DNA of 64,000 nt from Euryarchaeota archaeon UBA181. Its GTDB lineage: Archaea > Thermoplasmatota > Poseidoniia > Poseidoniales > Thalassarchaeaceae. The stretch is taken from assembly GCA_002496725.1 (NCBI GenBank), contig DALI01000049.1:1772-65771 (forward strand). The letters run 5' to 3'. Numbering within the stretch: the stretch's first letter is position 1; every line of letters begins with the position of its first letter. This document shows positions 19,901 to 28,394 of the stretch, piece after piece. Position numbers and translations under genes: made by a program. The notes beneath the pieces were generated by a model. That model was not told the DNA's origin. It made no database searches and worked only from the letters and a program-made list of their open reading frames with translations.

Positions 19901-22292
19901 GCTTTACACAGGAGGTCTGACTTATGAGGTCGCAGAAGGATTCAGCGGTGCCACGCCATCAAAGTGGGTTTCATCAAATCTTTCTGACCCTCTTGACTGC
20001 CTCAGACTGAAACTTTTGGATATGCTTGGTTCAGAAGGCCCACAAACCCTAGAATCACTGAGTGACAGACTGCCCTTCCCAATAGCTCAAGTCGAGGCAG
20101 TACTTCAAGAGCTAGAAATGAGGAATTTAGTCTCAATTGGATTCTTCACCCAAACCGAGGAGGGTGAATTCATTCTCAGAGTTGACGAGTATAGGATCAC
20201 AGGAGGAAGCGTCGAAGTAGTAGACTACAGAACTCTCCAGACACTACTGCTCCAGAAATCATTTACGAAATTCGCTGAGCCTTCCGAGGCTATTAGATCA
20301 CTGGCATTAATTCAGAGAAGGGACGAACTACTCCACAGGGTGGAGAACTTTAGGTTCAGGGATTGGAAGGACTTTAAGCATGATAAAGACGTTTTCAATG
20401 GCAGACTTCTCCATAACAGGGTGGGCTATACTACCTTTGACCAGATACCAATGCTTCTGGGATTACGTTCAGAGCCTTGGATGGGTTCCTTAGAAGAAGA
20501 GCTTCTTGATAAGATTCCTGAAGATGGCATTACTAGGACAGAATTACTATCGGAATATCCAAGGGGCAAGGAAAACCAGCATATCCAGAAGAGCGTGAAA
20601 AGGGCGCTCTCAAATTTAGAACGACAACTGGTTGTGGCCAAGCAGTATCTCGATGTACCCAACAGGAAAAGATCGATAGCCATATTCAGGCGAATCCATG
20701 GCGTAGTAAAGCCGTTGGATTTTCCCGAGGCACTGTCTGCACTGATATCCAAAATAGGCCCTGTCAGATTACACACACTGAGATTCTTCGTCAGTAGGCC
20801 AGTCGAGGAACTAGCCGAGGTCCTCCGGGAATTAGAAACCGAAGGAAGCATATGCCGTGTAGTCGCTCTACAACCGGATCCAACCGATTACTATTCGTCG
20901 CATGTAGACGCCGAGAGGCTACTTTCTCCTATGCCCGAAGATAGGGAGATGCGTATCCTCGCCCAATCAGATCCCTTCTGCAGTCGTTTCATCCAAGAAG
21001 TTAGGATGATACTGAAGCAAGGATGGTACCATCCCGTCTTCAAAGGAGTGGACCCAATAGGGAGAATTTTGATGTTTGTAGTCAACGACTACCTGGAGAT
21101 AAAGGATGTCAATATCCCCCACTCATACCTAGATGAATTCAAATCAACCTTCAATGATCTTTTGGAAAACTACCGAGATCGACTCGTCGATGTTTCTGTA
21201 ATGCATGCTTTTAACGGAGTCCCTGTTCATGACTGCGATGATAATATTCAGAGTATTCTTTCTGAACTTGGATTCGTCTCAATGGGTGATGGTGAGAGAT
21301 ATATCCGAGGAGGAGTTGTTGAACCTAGATCTAGGAACAAGGTGAACAGACTTCTCTTCCACACTCACAATATCCATCAAATCAGTAGATGGGAAAATGA
21401 GACTTACGCTTTGAAGGAAATCAACGAATTGAGGGATGACTTCGCATTGAGGGGCCGTTGCGAAATGTTCAGGGTAGATCTACAATCTATGGCGGCAACC
21501 GAGCAATTGCATCAAGGAACAAATCTCAGGGGTCATCAGGTATGGGCAAGGCTCCCACATTTCCAGAGGCTCCTTGCGATTAGGAACGCCCCTCCTGACG
21601 ACGATGACTTTGGTATTCTTGAGTTCTTCAGGAGTCATAACGATCCAGCAGTATTCATGGAGAGACTAGCAATGCGCAGAGCTGAGTTTAGGAAATTAAT
21701 CTCTCCCCTGGTGAGAAGCGGTCACTTAGTTCAGGACTACAGAGGGGGGTTCAAGACCGTAGAGCCAGTGAAGGGCGTCGATCTCTGGACAATAAAGAGA
21801 ACATACCTGAGGGAACTAGTGGAGGACTATCCGGTCATCTCAATGAAGCAGTTTGAGAGGCTGGCAGGAACGCCTTTCTCACCTGAGGAAATTAGCGATG
21901 TCCTCCACGAATTTGAAGAGGATGGGACACTGATCAAAGGATTCCTCATAGATGATCAGCATGATATTAGTTGGGGCAGAAAAGACCTATTGGAGTCAGA
22001 GGGGATACCAAAGACAAGAGATTTGGTAATACCTCCCTCAGACCCATTGATACATTATTTTGGAGGTATCCTGCGAGAGAGATTTGGATTCGGTTCTGCA
22101 TATCTGGTGTTTCACAAGGAGGAGCCAATTGCGGCATTCAAGGCAAATACGAGAAATGCGACAATCGATGTAACAGACTTCGTGGGCGATTCAGAGTTAG
22201 AGAAAGAGGCCCTGAGGGTGATGAAAGAATTCGCATGGGAACATCAAATGCCCCTAACAGGGGACCTATATGAGAAAATGAGATCAAGATGA
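16950..22292 (+). CDS. lhr: Lhr-like large ATP-dependent helicase. It has an SF2 DExH core plus about 1300 aa of extra C-terminal domains (1780 aa in total).
   Basis: Helicase motifs FTEPQKVAIP, CSPTGSGKT, IIDEMHS, ISATM and QRIGRAGH. The C-terminal third is wHTH/YcaQ-like in character. Confidence 0.75.
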   Translation: MPKKMPIIEYVEDRMETEELLERLCPPVRNWFKDKFPDFTEPQKVAIPRILNGEHLLLCSPTGSGKTLTAFLTIIDDLVRRSLDGTLPDSVQCVYISPIKALANDIEKNLLGPLGEIKEKYLPSRAKEIKVGLRTGDTPQSERQKMLRKPPHILITTPESLGLGLASKRFRPILDQMKWFIIDEMHSLVPTKRGTHLSLSMALMDSVVSSDVQRIGISATMEPLDAVAEFLVASDPRESDIHSQNDDNESSELEIQPQKVAIAKISGDRELDLDIILPSPRFSSIPVKEILDHNVDRIKELAEAHTTTLVFVNTRNMTETVVQRLKIAGMEGVEGHHGSMDKAIRLDVESQLKKGLLRCVVSSSSLEMGIDIGSVDLVIQVGSPGSIATALQRIGRAGHQVDGLPRARFLPTSPHDLMELVALQMAILEGEMDLLKFPENSLDVLAQFLIGLTIIREWDIDDAYRLVTSSWPYKSLPYDDYIEVLDMLDEERRLWLDWEDNRFGKRGFAQMIYYTNIGTIAPDNSYLVFTGDGTLVGQLSSSFVSSLRNGDVFLLGGSTYRVASIRGTRVNVTPATGYRPTIPSWTGEANSRTHELSQAVLRLLSKISVGARMGTDYEPILTEALQLNRPVALALKQFLDEHVATTFQVPSNDRILIEQVDSPLPTYVVTTCRGRAFNLALGYLFAGIASKENIIIHELSFDENGFMAKLSHEVEISKIPEVFRNDTSEEILQRYMMDSQLFSKRFREVSSRSMLNPRRIGAEEVSPKQFQLKAEAIMTKHRQMEGSVIIREAMSEILNGDLDMGQLRNFISRMDSEDVRIVHRRVKMPSPLGMTLFMSAFEDLLSLRTRAYLIKDVDPEILRRLLGARSLATDLDREMIGEYYQSKVVVPRNSIDLLRLMDMGGGLERELTNPLYNSKLSGIEIPVIRKWVHELAERGLITKVRNTNHEQIDDKWFSMRMAGVHGTLGCLAVAGASEMEDLRALYTGGLTYEVAEGFSGATPSKWVSSNLSDPLDCLRLKLLDMLGSEGPQTLESLSDRLPFPIAQVEAVLQELEMRNLVSIGFFTQTEEGEFILRVDEYRITGGSVEVVDYRTLQTLLLQKSFTKFAEPSEAIRSLALIQRRDELLHRVENFRFRDWKDFKHDKDVFNGRLLHNRVGYTTFDQIPMLLGLRSEPWMGSLEEELLDKIPEDGITRTELLSEYPRGKENQHIQKSVKRALSNLERQLVVAKQYLDVPNRKRSIAIFRRIHGVVKPLDFPEALSALISKIGPVRLHTLRFFVSRPVEELAEVLRELETEGSICRVVALQPDPTDYYSSHVDAERLLSPMPEDREMRILAQSDPFCSRFIQEVRMILKQGWYHPVFKGVDPIGRILMFVVNDYLEIKDVNIPHSYLDEFKSTFNDLLENYRDRLVDVSVMHAFNGVPVHDCDDNIQSILSELGFVSMGDGERYIRGGVVEPRSRNKVNRLLFHTHNIHQISRWENETYALKEINELRDDFALRGRCEMFRVDLQSMAATEQLHQGTNLRGHQVWARLPHFQRLLAIRNAPPDDDDFGILEFFRSHNDPAVFMERLAMRRAEFRKLISPLVRSGHLVQDYRGGFKTVEPVKGVDLWTIKRTYLRELVEDYPVISMKQFERLAGTPFSPEEISDVLHEFEEDGTLIKGFLIDDQHDISWGRKDLLESEGIPKTRDLVIPPSDPLIHYFGGILRERFGFGSAYLVFHKEEPIAAFKANTRNATIDVTDFVGDSELEKEALRVMKEFAWEHQMPLTGDLYEKMRSR

Positions 22293-23261
22293 CTTCAGAT
22301 CAGCCTTAGCGAATAGCCTAGTGACAGGCCTAGAAATTCTGATTATATGGCGATGTAATTCAGGTAGTAGATCGAATAATGCAGTAGCCATTAGGAACAT
22401 CGCAAACAAGCTAGCAACTTTCGCCACGTAGCTGTGCGTGAAATCGAACATATCAATGCCGAATAGTGACCATTCTGAATACGTATCACTGAGCCAGACG
22501 ATACCAGCATTCCTGAACACGTTCAATACATGTATTGTCGGAATTGCTACTAGGAGCCCCCTGATTCGCCTCTTCCAAGATACAGAATTTAATGCTACTA
22601 TGGCCCCTACGAATATTATCATAGATTGAAGGGCAGAGCATGCTAGAATGAAGCTGACGCTTACGGGGGTCCCGTCGGAGTGGTTGAACGGCACAAAGAA
22701 TCCACTGTCTCCAAGGGGCTCAGTAAGGAAATACCGGCTTCCCTCCCACTGTGATGCAGCGATCGCTCCACTAGGTAAATCAACCATCATCTCGCCCACT
22801 TGGTATGATCCCAAACCAGAGAATTCCAGCAACCATTCAGTGCTGTGAGCAGTCATCTCTACGAATTGCATATTCAGAATTGGAACGCTATATACCGCGT
22901 AATAAGGTATGACGGACCACGCAACAGCCCCTCTGAGCCAAACAAGGGATTCATCGCCTATCTCCCAATTCCTCACTTCCCATATCCCAAGGGCTATTCC
23001 TGCAGGCAATGCCCCCGCTGTCATCAAAATAAGAAGAGGGTCGGATATCTCAACGAAGTGTTCTGACTGCATATAGAAAAAGAGGCCCAAGAGGGTCCAT
23101 CCTACAGCCGCGGAATAAGGAGCCAATGAAGAACTTCTCCGGTGGAAAGAGAATCCTAGTGACAATGCTCCAAACCAGCAAAAAGAGAGCCAAAGGGAGA
23201 ATTCAGGTACCCCAATAGCCTCCGCGAAACCTTCGACCAAGGCTCCGATTGGGTCTTCCAT
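22284..23261 (-). CDS. artA: Archaeosortase/exosortase-family integral membrane transpeptidase, candidate ArtA for PGF-CTERM proteins.
   Basis: 325 aa polytopic protein with a conserved-looking Cys (ILACSALQ) and a PxxxxNxxR segment (AIPTIHVLNVFRNAGIVWL) as in the exosortase family. The window also holds a PGF-CTERM substrate. Confidence 0.5.
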   Translation of the reverse strand: MEDPIGALVEGFAEAIGVPEFSLWLSFCWFGALSLGFSFHRRSSSLAPYSAAVGWTLLGLFFYMQSEHFVEISDPLLILMTAGALPAGIALGIWEVRNWEIGDESLVWLRGAVAWSVIPYYAVYSVPILNMQFVEMTAHSTEWLLEFSGLGSYQVGEMMVDLPSGAIAASQWEGSRYFLTEPLGDSGFFVPFNHSDGTPVSVSFILACSALQSMIIFVGAIVALNSVSWKRRIRGLLVAIPTIHVLNVFRNAGIVWLSDTYSEWSLFGIDMFDFTHSYVAKVASLFAMFLMATALFDLLPELHRHIIRISRPVTRLFAKADLKSS

Positions 23262-23321
23262 GATGCCAACGAGCCATCAACCCGTAAATATGATGCCCCC
23301 AACGGATAGCCGGGTGTTCAC

Positions 23322-23891
23322 ATGGCTACCGACTTCACAGAGTTCGCAAACAGCTACATTCGGGATATTAAGAAAGCACTGGATCATTTGTCAATTGGAA
23401 AATTGAATGACCTATATTCACTCGTCTTAGGTGCCACATCATCAGGATCAACAGTCCACTTCATAGGAAATGGAGGGAGTGCAGCCACTCCTTCGCACAG
23501 TGCTGGAGACTGGTCCAAAGAATTAGGATTGAAGACGTTATCTCATACAGATAATGCTTCATCATTTTCAGCGTGGGCCAATGATGAGGGCTACTCTCAA
23601 GTATTCGTAGGCCAGTTATCCACCTTTGCAAATAGCAATGACCTAGTAATCGCCTATTCGGGTTCTGGAAATTCGGAGAACGTACTGAATGGAGTTGAGT
23701 TCGCAAATGGAATAGGTTGCAAGACAGTAGCCATTACTGGAAACTATAATGGTTTAGAAGGTGGTAAACTAGCAGAGATAGTCGATCTGGCCATAGTAAT
23801 ACCCAGTACCTCGATGGAAAGGATTGAAGACATCCAGTTGATGATAAACCATATCATCAAGGAAGCTGTAAAGTCCAATAAAGAGCAGTGA
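23322..23891 (+). CDS. gmhA: SIS-domain phosphoheptose isomerase (D-sedoheptulose-7-phosphate isomerase).
   Basis: FIGNGGSAATPSH, AYSGSGNSENVL and the 189-aa length are typical of GmhA. Confidence 0.75.
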   Translation: MATDFTEFANSYIRDIKKALDHLSIGKLNDLYSLVLGATSSGSTVHFIGNGGSAATPSHSAGDWSKELGLKTLSHTDNASSFSAWANDEGYSQVFVGQLSTFANSNDLVIAYSGSGNSENVLNGVEFANGIGCKTVAITGNYNGLEGGKLAEIVDLAIVIPSTSMERIEDIQLMINHIIKEAVKSNKEQ

Positions 23892-23895
23892 TAGA

Positions 23896-24537
23896 ATGTT
23901 CCCGCCAATGAGGGATAGGGATAGCTTGTACGCCCCACTCCATCTATTGCCCCTCCCTACAAATATGACATGGGGGGGCAAGATAGCATACTTAGATCGT
24001 GATGGAGTCATAATCAGAGGATTTGAGAGCTATGTCAACAATCCAGACGAAGTCTTTGTCCTCGATGGTGCCCCAAAGGCAGTTGGTGATCTTAGGAGAC
24101 TTGGTTTCAGGGTTTGCATCGTTACCAACCAGTCACCTGTAGGAAGAGGGATTTGGAGTAGAGAAAACCTCGCCTCTATTCATGATAAAGTTAGGTCAGA
24201 ACTACTTTCCGAAGATGCAGATGCCATTCTCGACCTAATTCTCCATAGCCCCTATGCTCCATGGCATAATTCGTGGGCCAGAAAACCAAATCCTGGAATG
24301 CTCGAGGCAGGCAGACAAATTATCGATGCCGCTGAGTCAAGCATCTTACTGTCTGAAGGGGACATTAAGTTCGGAGAGGAATGGAAAAATCGCCCATCTG
24401 AGAATTCCTCGATAATGGTAGGTGACAGGATCGTAGATATGGAAGCGGCGAAAGCTCACGGAACCCGCTCATTCAGATGTAATCCCGATGTGGGAATAAG
24501 TGATGTAATATCTGAAATCTTGGAGCTGAATGGATGA
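23896..24537 (+). CDS. gmhB: HAD-family D,D-heptose 1,7-bisphosphate phosphatase.
   Basis: HAD motif I AYLDRDGVII, with IVTNQSP and GDR further along. It follows gmhA directly. Confidence 0.65.
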   Translation: MFPPMRDRDSLYAPLHLLPLPTNMTWGGKIAYLDRDGVIIRGFESYVNNPDEVFVLDGAPKAVGDLRRLGFRVCIVTNQSPVGRGIWSRENLASIHDKVRSELLSEDADAILDLILHSPYAPWHNSWARKPNPGMLEAGRQIIDAAESSILLSEGDIKFGEEWKNRPSENSSIMVGDRIVDMEAAKAHGTRSFRCNPDVGISDVISEILELNG

Positions 24538-25790
24538 GTACAAGCAACACAAGCATTGTTAGGATTGGGTTAGATGATACCGATCACCCAGAATTCGGAT
24601 GTACTACACATTCATTCCATGACCTATTGAGCAATCTGACCACCATCCCTAGTGTAATCGTACTCGAGAGGATGCTTGTACGGCTCTGGCCGTATGCGTC
24701 AAGGAGGACCAGGGGGAACGGCGCACTATCGGCGACCTTGGAAATTCCATCTGAATCCAAGATTCAGTTTATCGACTCTTGCGCTGAATGGTTCGATTCA
24801 TTATTGTCCGAAATATCACATTATCCCGAAATATCAAATTCTGCAACACCCGCTCTTTTAATTTCGTTCGACCAGGCTCCCCCAAAATGGTACTGGGAGA
24901 CAGTAAGGGGGGAAGTAAACCTAGTGGATCGGGAATCTGAAATCAGAAGCTCGGGAGTGACTATCTTCTCTCATCCTGATAACTGGGGGATGGTTGGTGC
25001 TAGTGCCGCTATCTCATGGGAACCCGGAATTAATCACTCTTGGGAGCTAATCGCTTGGAGAGAAGATAGCAAAATAGGGTCAAGAAGGGCGGTTTCCAAG
25101 GATTCTGTGTTCGAGATGTCCAAACTATTCCCTGAGACCTTCCTGAATAGGGACCCTACGGCAGATAAGGGCATTATCGCCCCTAGGACCCCCTGCCCAG
25201 TTCTTTACGGTATCAGGGGTTCAAGTAAGGATGCGGTGGAATCAGCAAACTCCTGGTTACAACATAAGAATAGCACCGAGAAGTGCCTTGATTGGGCATC
25301 ACATAAGACTAATCAGCTCTCAGACGATCATCTCCCAGGACCTATGAGTGGGACAGTAATCACTTCGCCCGAGGTTCTGAAAGGTGCCCATGCGAGTTTG
25401 AAAGTAATTTCCGGTGGAAAAGGGGAGACATTAGTTGCATTCAGTGAAGGGGGGCCAGTGAATAAGCTACTTAGACAATTATCGCCAGGGGATAGAATTT
25501 CTTGGATGGGCCTAATTTCTCCCGATCGCTCAATACATCTGGAAAGGCTGAGAATTGAATCTGCTTCCCCTAGGATCTCATCCAGGCCTAGATGTTGTGG
25601 TAAGTCGATGAGGAGCAAGGGCAGGAATCAGCCCCTCTTCTGCTTAAGGTGTGGAAATAAGGAAAGCAAAATATGGCTATCAGATAACTGGTCTCCTGTG
25701 GGTGTCCCAAGTATTGACGGTTGGGTCCAGCCCCCTCCATCTCAGAGAAGACACCTTTCAATGCCCTTGGAACATGGAATTCCGGCATAG
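24534..25790 (+). CDS. tiaS: tRNA(Ile2) 2-agmatinylcytidine synthetase TiaS.
   Basis: N-terminal IGLDDTDHPEFGCTTH kinase-like start and a C-terminal zinc ribbon CCGKSMRSKGRNQPLFCLRCGNK. Length 418 aa. The ATGA overlap with gmhB suggests an operon. Confidence 0.75.
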   Translation: MSTSNTSIVRIGLDDTDHPEFGCTTHSFHDLLSNLTTIPSVIVLERMLVRLWPYASRRTRGNGALSATLEIPSESKIQFIDSCAEWFDSLLSEISHYPEISNSATPALLISFDQAPPKWYWETVRGEVNLVDRESEIRSSGVTIFSHPDNWGMVGASAAISWEPGINHSWELIAWREDSKIGSRRAVSKDSVFEMSKLFPETFLNRDPTADKGIIAPRTPCPVLYGIRGSSKDAVESANSWLQHKNSTEKCLDWASHKTNQLSDDHLPGPMSGTVITSPEVLKGAHASLKVISGGKGETLVAFSEGGPVNKLLRQLSPGDRISWMGLISPDRSIHLERLRIESASPRISSRPRCCGKSMRSKGRNQPLFCLRCGNKESKIWLSDNWSPVGVPSIDGWVQPPPSQRRHLSMPLEHGIPA

Positions 25791-26018
25791 GTGCATATTT
25801 ATCCCATCAGATTCTCAGAAGTTATGTGGAAACCCAGGCCGTCCTACAGTTCATCCTAATTGTCTCCGCAATCTTGCTGTTTCTGTATATCGTAAGAAAC
25901 CTCACTAGATTAACGCCAACCGATGAAGAAACATACTCGGGAACAGCGAGGTCTCCAGAGAACCTATACGAACCATCAGAGGAAGCCATATCAGAGATGG
26001 AAGGCTTAATTTCAAAGC

Positions 26019-26651
26019 TCAACTAATCAGTTCTTTAAGCCCCTTGGAAGTCATTTTCAGGTATCTCTCGGAATTATTCGAAGATACAATTTTCACACCA
26101 TCCTTGACTGGATGGTTCAGAAGGAAAACGGTCCTGAGAGAATTGCGAATAGATTTTCCACCTCTGCTAACCCAGCCACCATCCGATGCATTAGAAGCAT
26201 CCTCATAAGCTGATGATGTGATTACTAGATTAGTCCCTTCGCAAGACCCGGATAACGTATTGACTGCATGAATATCCCCCTTCTTAGCTCTGCCATGATT
26301 CTCACACCAATCATCTATTATGATGACATCACCCTCTCCGAAATCTACTGTACTGGACAATATCAGATCCAATTCCGAAGAAAGACTTCCTGATAGATGT
26401 AAAATTGATAGTCTCTCGTACCCTTTATTGCTAATATCCCAAAGAATTTCTGTTGCTCGTTCTTGATTAGGCATTTTCCTACATACCCAAACAACACGCC
26501 CTCCTCCCTTGATGGCCTCGGATGCAATACCTAGGCACAGAGTAGTCTTACCTGCTCCGGGCTCGGCAGAAATGTGCACAGCACCGTTCTTGTAGTCTAT
26601 CACGAGTATCCGAGTATGACAAAGCCAAAGAGCATTCCTGAGGCAATTCAC
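26019..26651 (-). CDS. RecA-superfamily ATPase, RadB/KaiC-like single domain.
   Basis: Walker A AEPGAGKTTLCLGIA and Walker B DVIIIDDW, with the topology of a compact RecA fold. Length 210 aa. Confidence 0.45.
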   Translation of the reverse strand: MNCLRNALWLCHTRILVIDYKNGAVHISAEPGAGKTTLCLGIASEAIKGGGRVVWVCRKMPNQERATEILWDISNKGYERLSILHLSGSLSSELDLILSSTVDFGEGDVIIIDDWCENHGRAKKGDIHAVNTLSGSCEGTNLVITSSAYEDASNASDGGWVSRGGKSIRNSLRTVFLLNHPVKDGVKIVSSNNSERYLKMTSKGLKELIS

Positions 26652-26699
26652 AGAGAAATATAATCAACATCTACCATAACGACTCATTGGGGGAGTCAG

Positions 26700-27005
26700 A
26701 TGAAAGAACGTATCCCGAGACGTGCAGCGCCAGATTTCCGTGAGTCCGAAGACGGACTCTTCACCTCTGTGATGGAAGACGGTTTCCTGAATGTAGCACT
26801 TGATGATGCCAATCAGTACGGCCCTCATGCAATGATACTCTTCCTGGGCATTGTTTCTGTTTTGACCGGCTTTGTTCTAGGTCTAGCTATGATCGATCCG
26901 GTATTTTCATTCATAGCGGCTGCGATAATAATTGCTTCCTTCGGTTTGAGGAAATTTTTACAAACAAGAGCCACTAATAATGTGGTCAAAAGTAGTACGG
27001 AGTAG
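26700..27005 (+). CDS. Small hypothetical membrane protein with 2 TM helices.
   Basis: 101 aa. The hydrophobic hairpin is ILFLGIVSVLTGFVLGLAMIDPVFSFIAAAIIIASF. Confidence 0.25.
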   Translation: MKERIPRRAAPDFRESEDGLFTSVMEDGFLNVALDDANQYGPHAMILFLGIVSVLTGFVLGLAMIDPVFSFIAAAIIIASFGLRKFLQTRATNNVVKSSTE

Positions 27006-27008
27006 TGC

Positions 27009-28355
27009 CTACACCCTTTCACGAGCGAGTGACACTGCGTTATCGACTATCTCTCCCGATACTCCAAGATGACTCGCCGGAGAAAAAAGGTATTCGAGCT
27101 CTTCGGAACTGAAGATAGAACTAATCTGATCATTCTCTTGGCATACCTCCATTAGATTCCTACCAAACTCCAGTGCCTCCATTGACGAAACTCTGAGGAC
27201 CTCATGAGCTTCATCCCTAGGCATGCCAGAGTCAACAAGGGCCAGCATGACCTTCTCTGCCATCACTAGTCCCTTCTGAGACTCTATGTTTTGTAGCATC
27301 CTTTCTCGATCAACAACCAGCCTAGACATGACCCTCTCACACTTAGCGAATATGTCATCTAGAAGTATCATTGAGTGAGAAAGAGTGAATCTCTCCGACG
27401 ATGAATTAGCCAGATCTCTCTCATGCCATAGAAGGGCATTCTCATAAGATGGAATTATCATGGATCTCACGATCCTAGCCAGGCCACATGCATTCTCAGC
27501 TGTGATGGGATTCCTCTTGTGTGCCATCGTAGAAGATCCCACTTGCTTTTCGACATCAAATGCCTCGGCTACCTCGGCAATCTCACTCCTCTGAAGGTTC
27601 CTCACCTCCTGCAAAACCTTCTCTATACTAGTTGCGACGTTCGCCATCCATCCGACCCACTCGATGTAACGATCCCTGCCGACGACCTGTGTTGTCGCAA
27701 CAGGGACTTCTAAACCCAGCTCGCCTAGAATCAAGCTCTGGAGCTCTAATGCATTCTCTCCTTGTGCGGCTCCCGTGCCAACCGCTCCCAAGAACTTCCC
27801 TGCAGTTATCCTTGTCTTCATGGACTCAAGCCTATCGAGATGCCTTCGGAATTCATCGACCCATACGGCCACCTTGAGTCCGAATGTAATCGGTACAGCT
27901 GCCTGGCCGTGGGTCCTACCAATCATTATCGTGTCTCTTTCCCTTTCAGCCATATCACAAAGGGTAGATATTAGGGACTTCAGGGACTCTAACTGCAACT
28001 TGACGCTGTCTTTGATTTGGAGGGCTACAGCAGAGTCAACTATGTCGTTACTGGTAGCCCCAAGGTGGATGCACCAACCAGCCTCTCCCGCTACCTCGGC
28101 CATAGCCTTGGTTAGTGCCATTATATCGTGCCTAGTTTCTGCCTCAATTTCATCCACCCTATCAGCGGTAACTATTCCCGGATCTGATATGTCTGCTACC
28201 ATGTCATAATGTTCTGCACTAACTCTGCCCATCTTGCAATGCGCCCAGACCAACGCTCTTTCCACTTCTATTTGTCTAGAATGCCTGCCTTCCCTCGACC
28301 AAATAGCTTTGGCCTCATCACGTCCGTATCTGTAGTCTAGTGGTGAAACTGACAT
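27009..28355 (-). CDS. purB: Adenylosuccinate lyase.
   Basis: Fumarate-lyase signature GSSTMAHKRNP and the N-terminal LDYRYG motif. Length 448 aa. Confidence 0.85.
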   Translation of the reverse strand: MSVSPLDYRYGRDEAKAIWSREGRHSRQIEVERALVWAHCKMGRVSAEHYDMVADISDPGIVTADRVDEIEAETRHDIMALTKAMAEVAGEAGWCIHLGATSNDIVDSAVALQIKDSVKLQLESLKSLISTLCDMAERERDTIMIGRTHGQAAVPITFGLKVAVWVDEFRRHLDRLESMKTRITAGKFLGAVGTGAAQGENALELQSLILGELGLEVPVATTQVVGRDRYIEWVGWMANVATSIEKVLQEVRNLQRSEIAEVAEAFDVEKQVGSSTMAHKRNPITAENACGLARIVRSMIIPSYENALLWHERDLANSSSERFTLSHSMILLDDIFAKCERVMSRLVVDRERMLQNIESQKGLVMAEKVMLALVDSGMPRDEAHEVLRVSSMEALEFGRNLMEVCQENDQISSIFSSEELEYLFSPASHLGVSGEIVDNAVSLARERV

Positions 28356-28394
28356 TATATCCCCAAACCTGCGACTCGGGCTTCATGTTTGAGA

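Noticed and set aside
22438-23066. Three small plus-strand ORFs opposite the archaeosortase gene.
   Set aside because: They are antisense to a hydrophobic membrane-protein gene and are typical spurious frames.
25721-26026. 101-aa ORF with one TM helix in the tiaS/RecA-like convergent spacer.
   Set aside because: It starts inside tiaS with no independent start signal and has no motif. It may be real but is unsupported.
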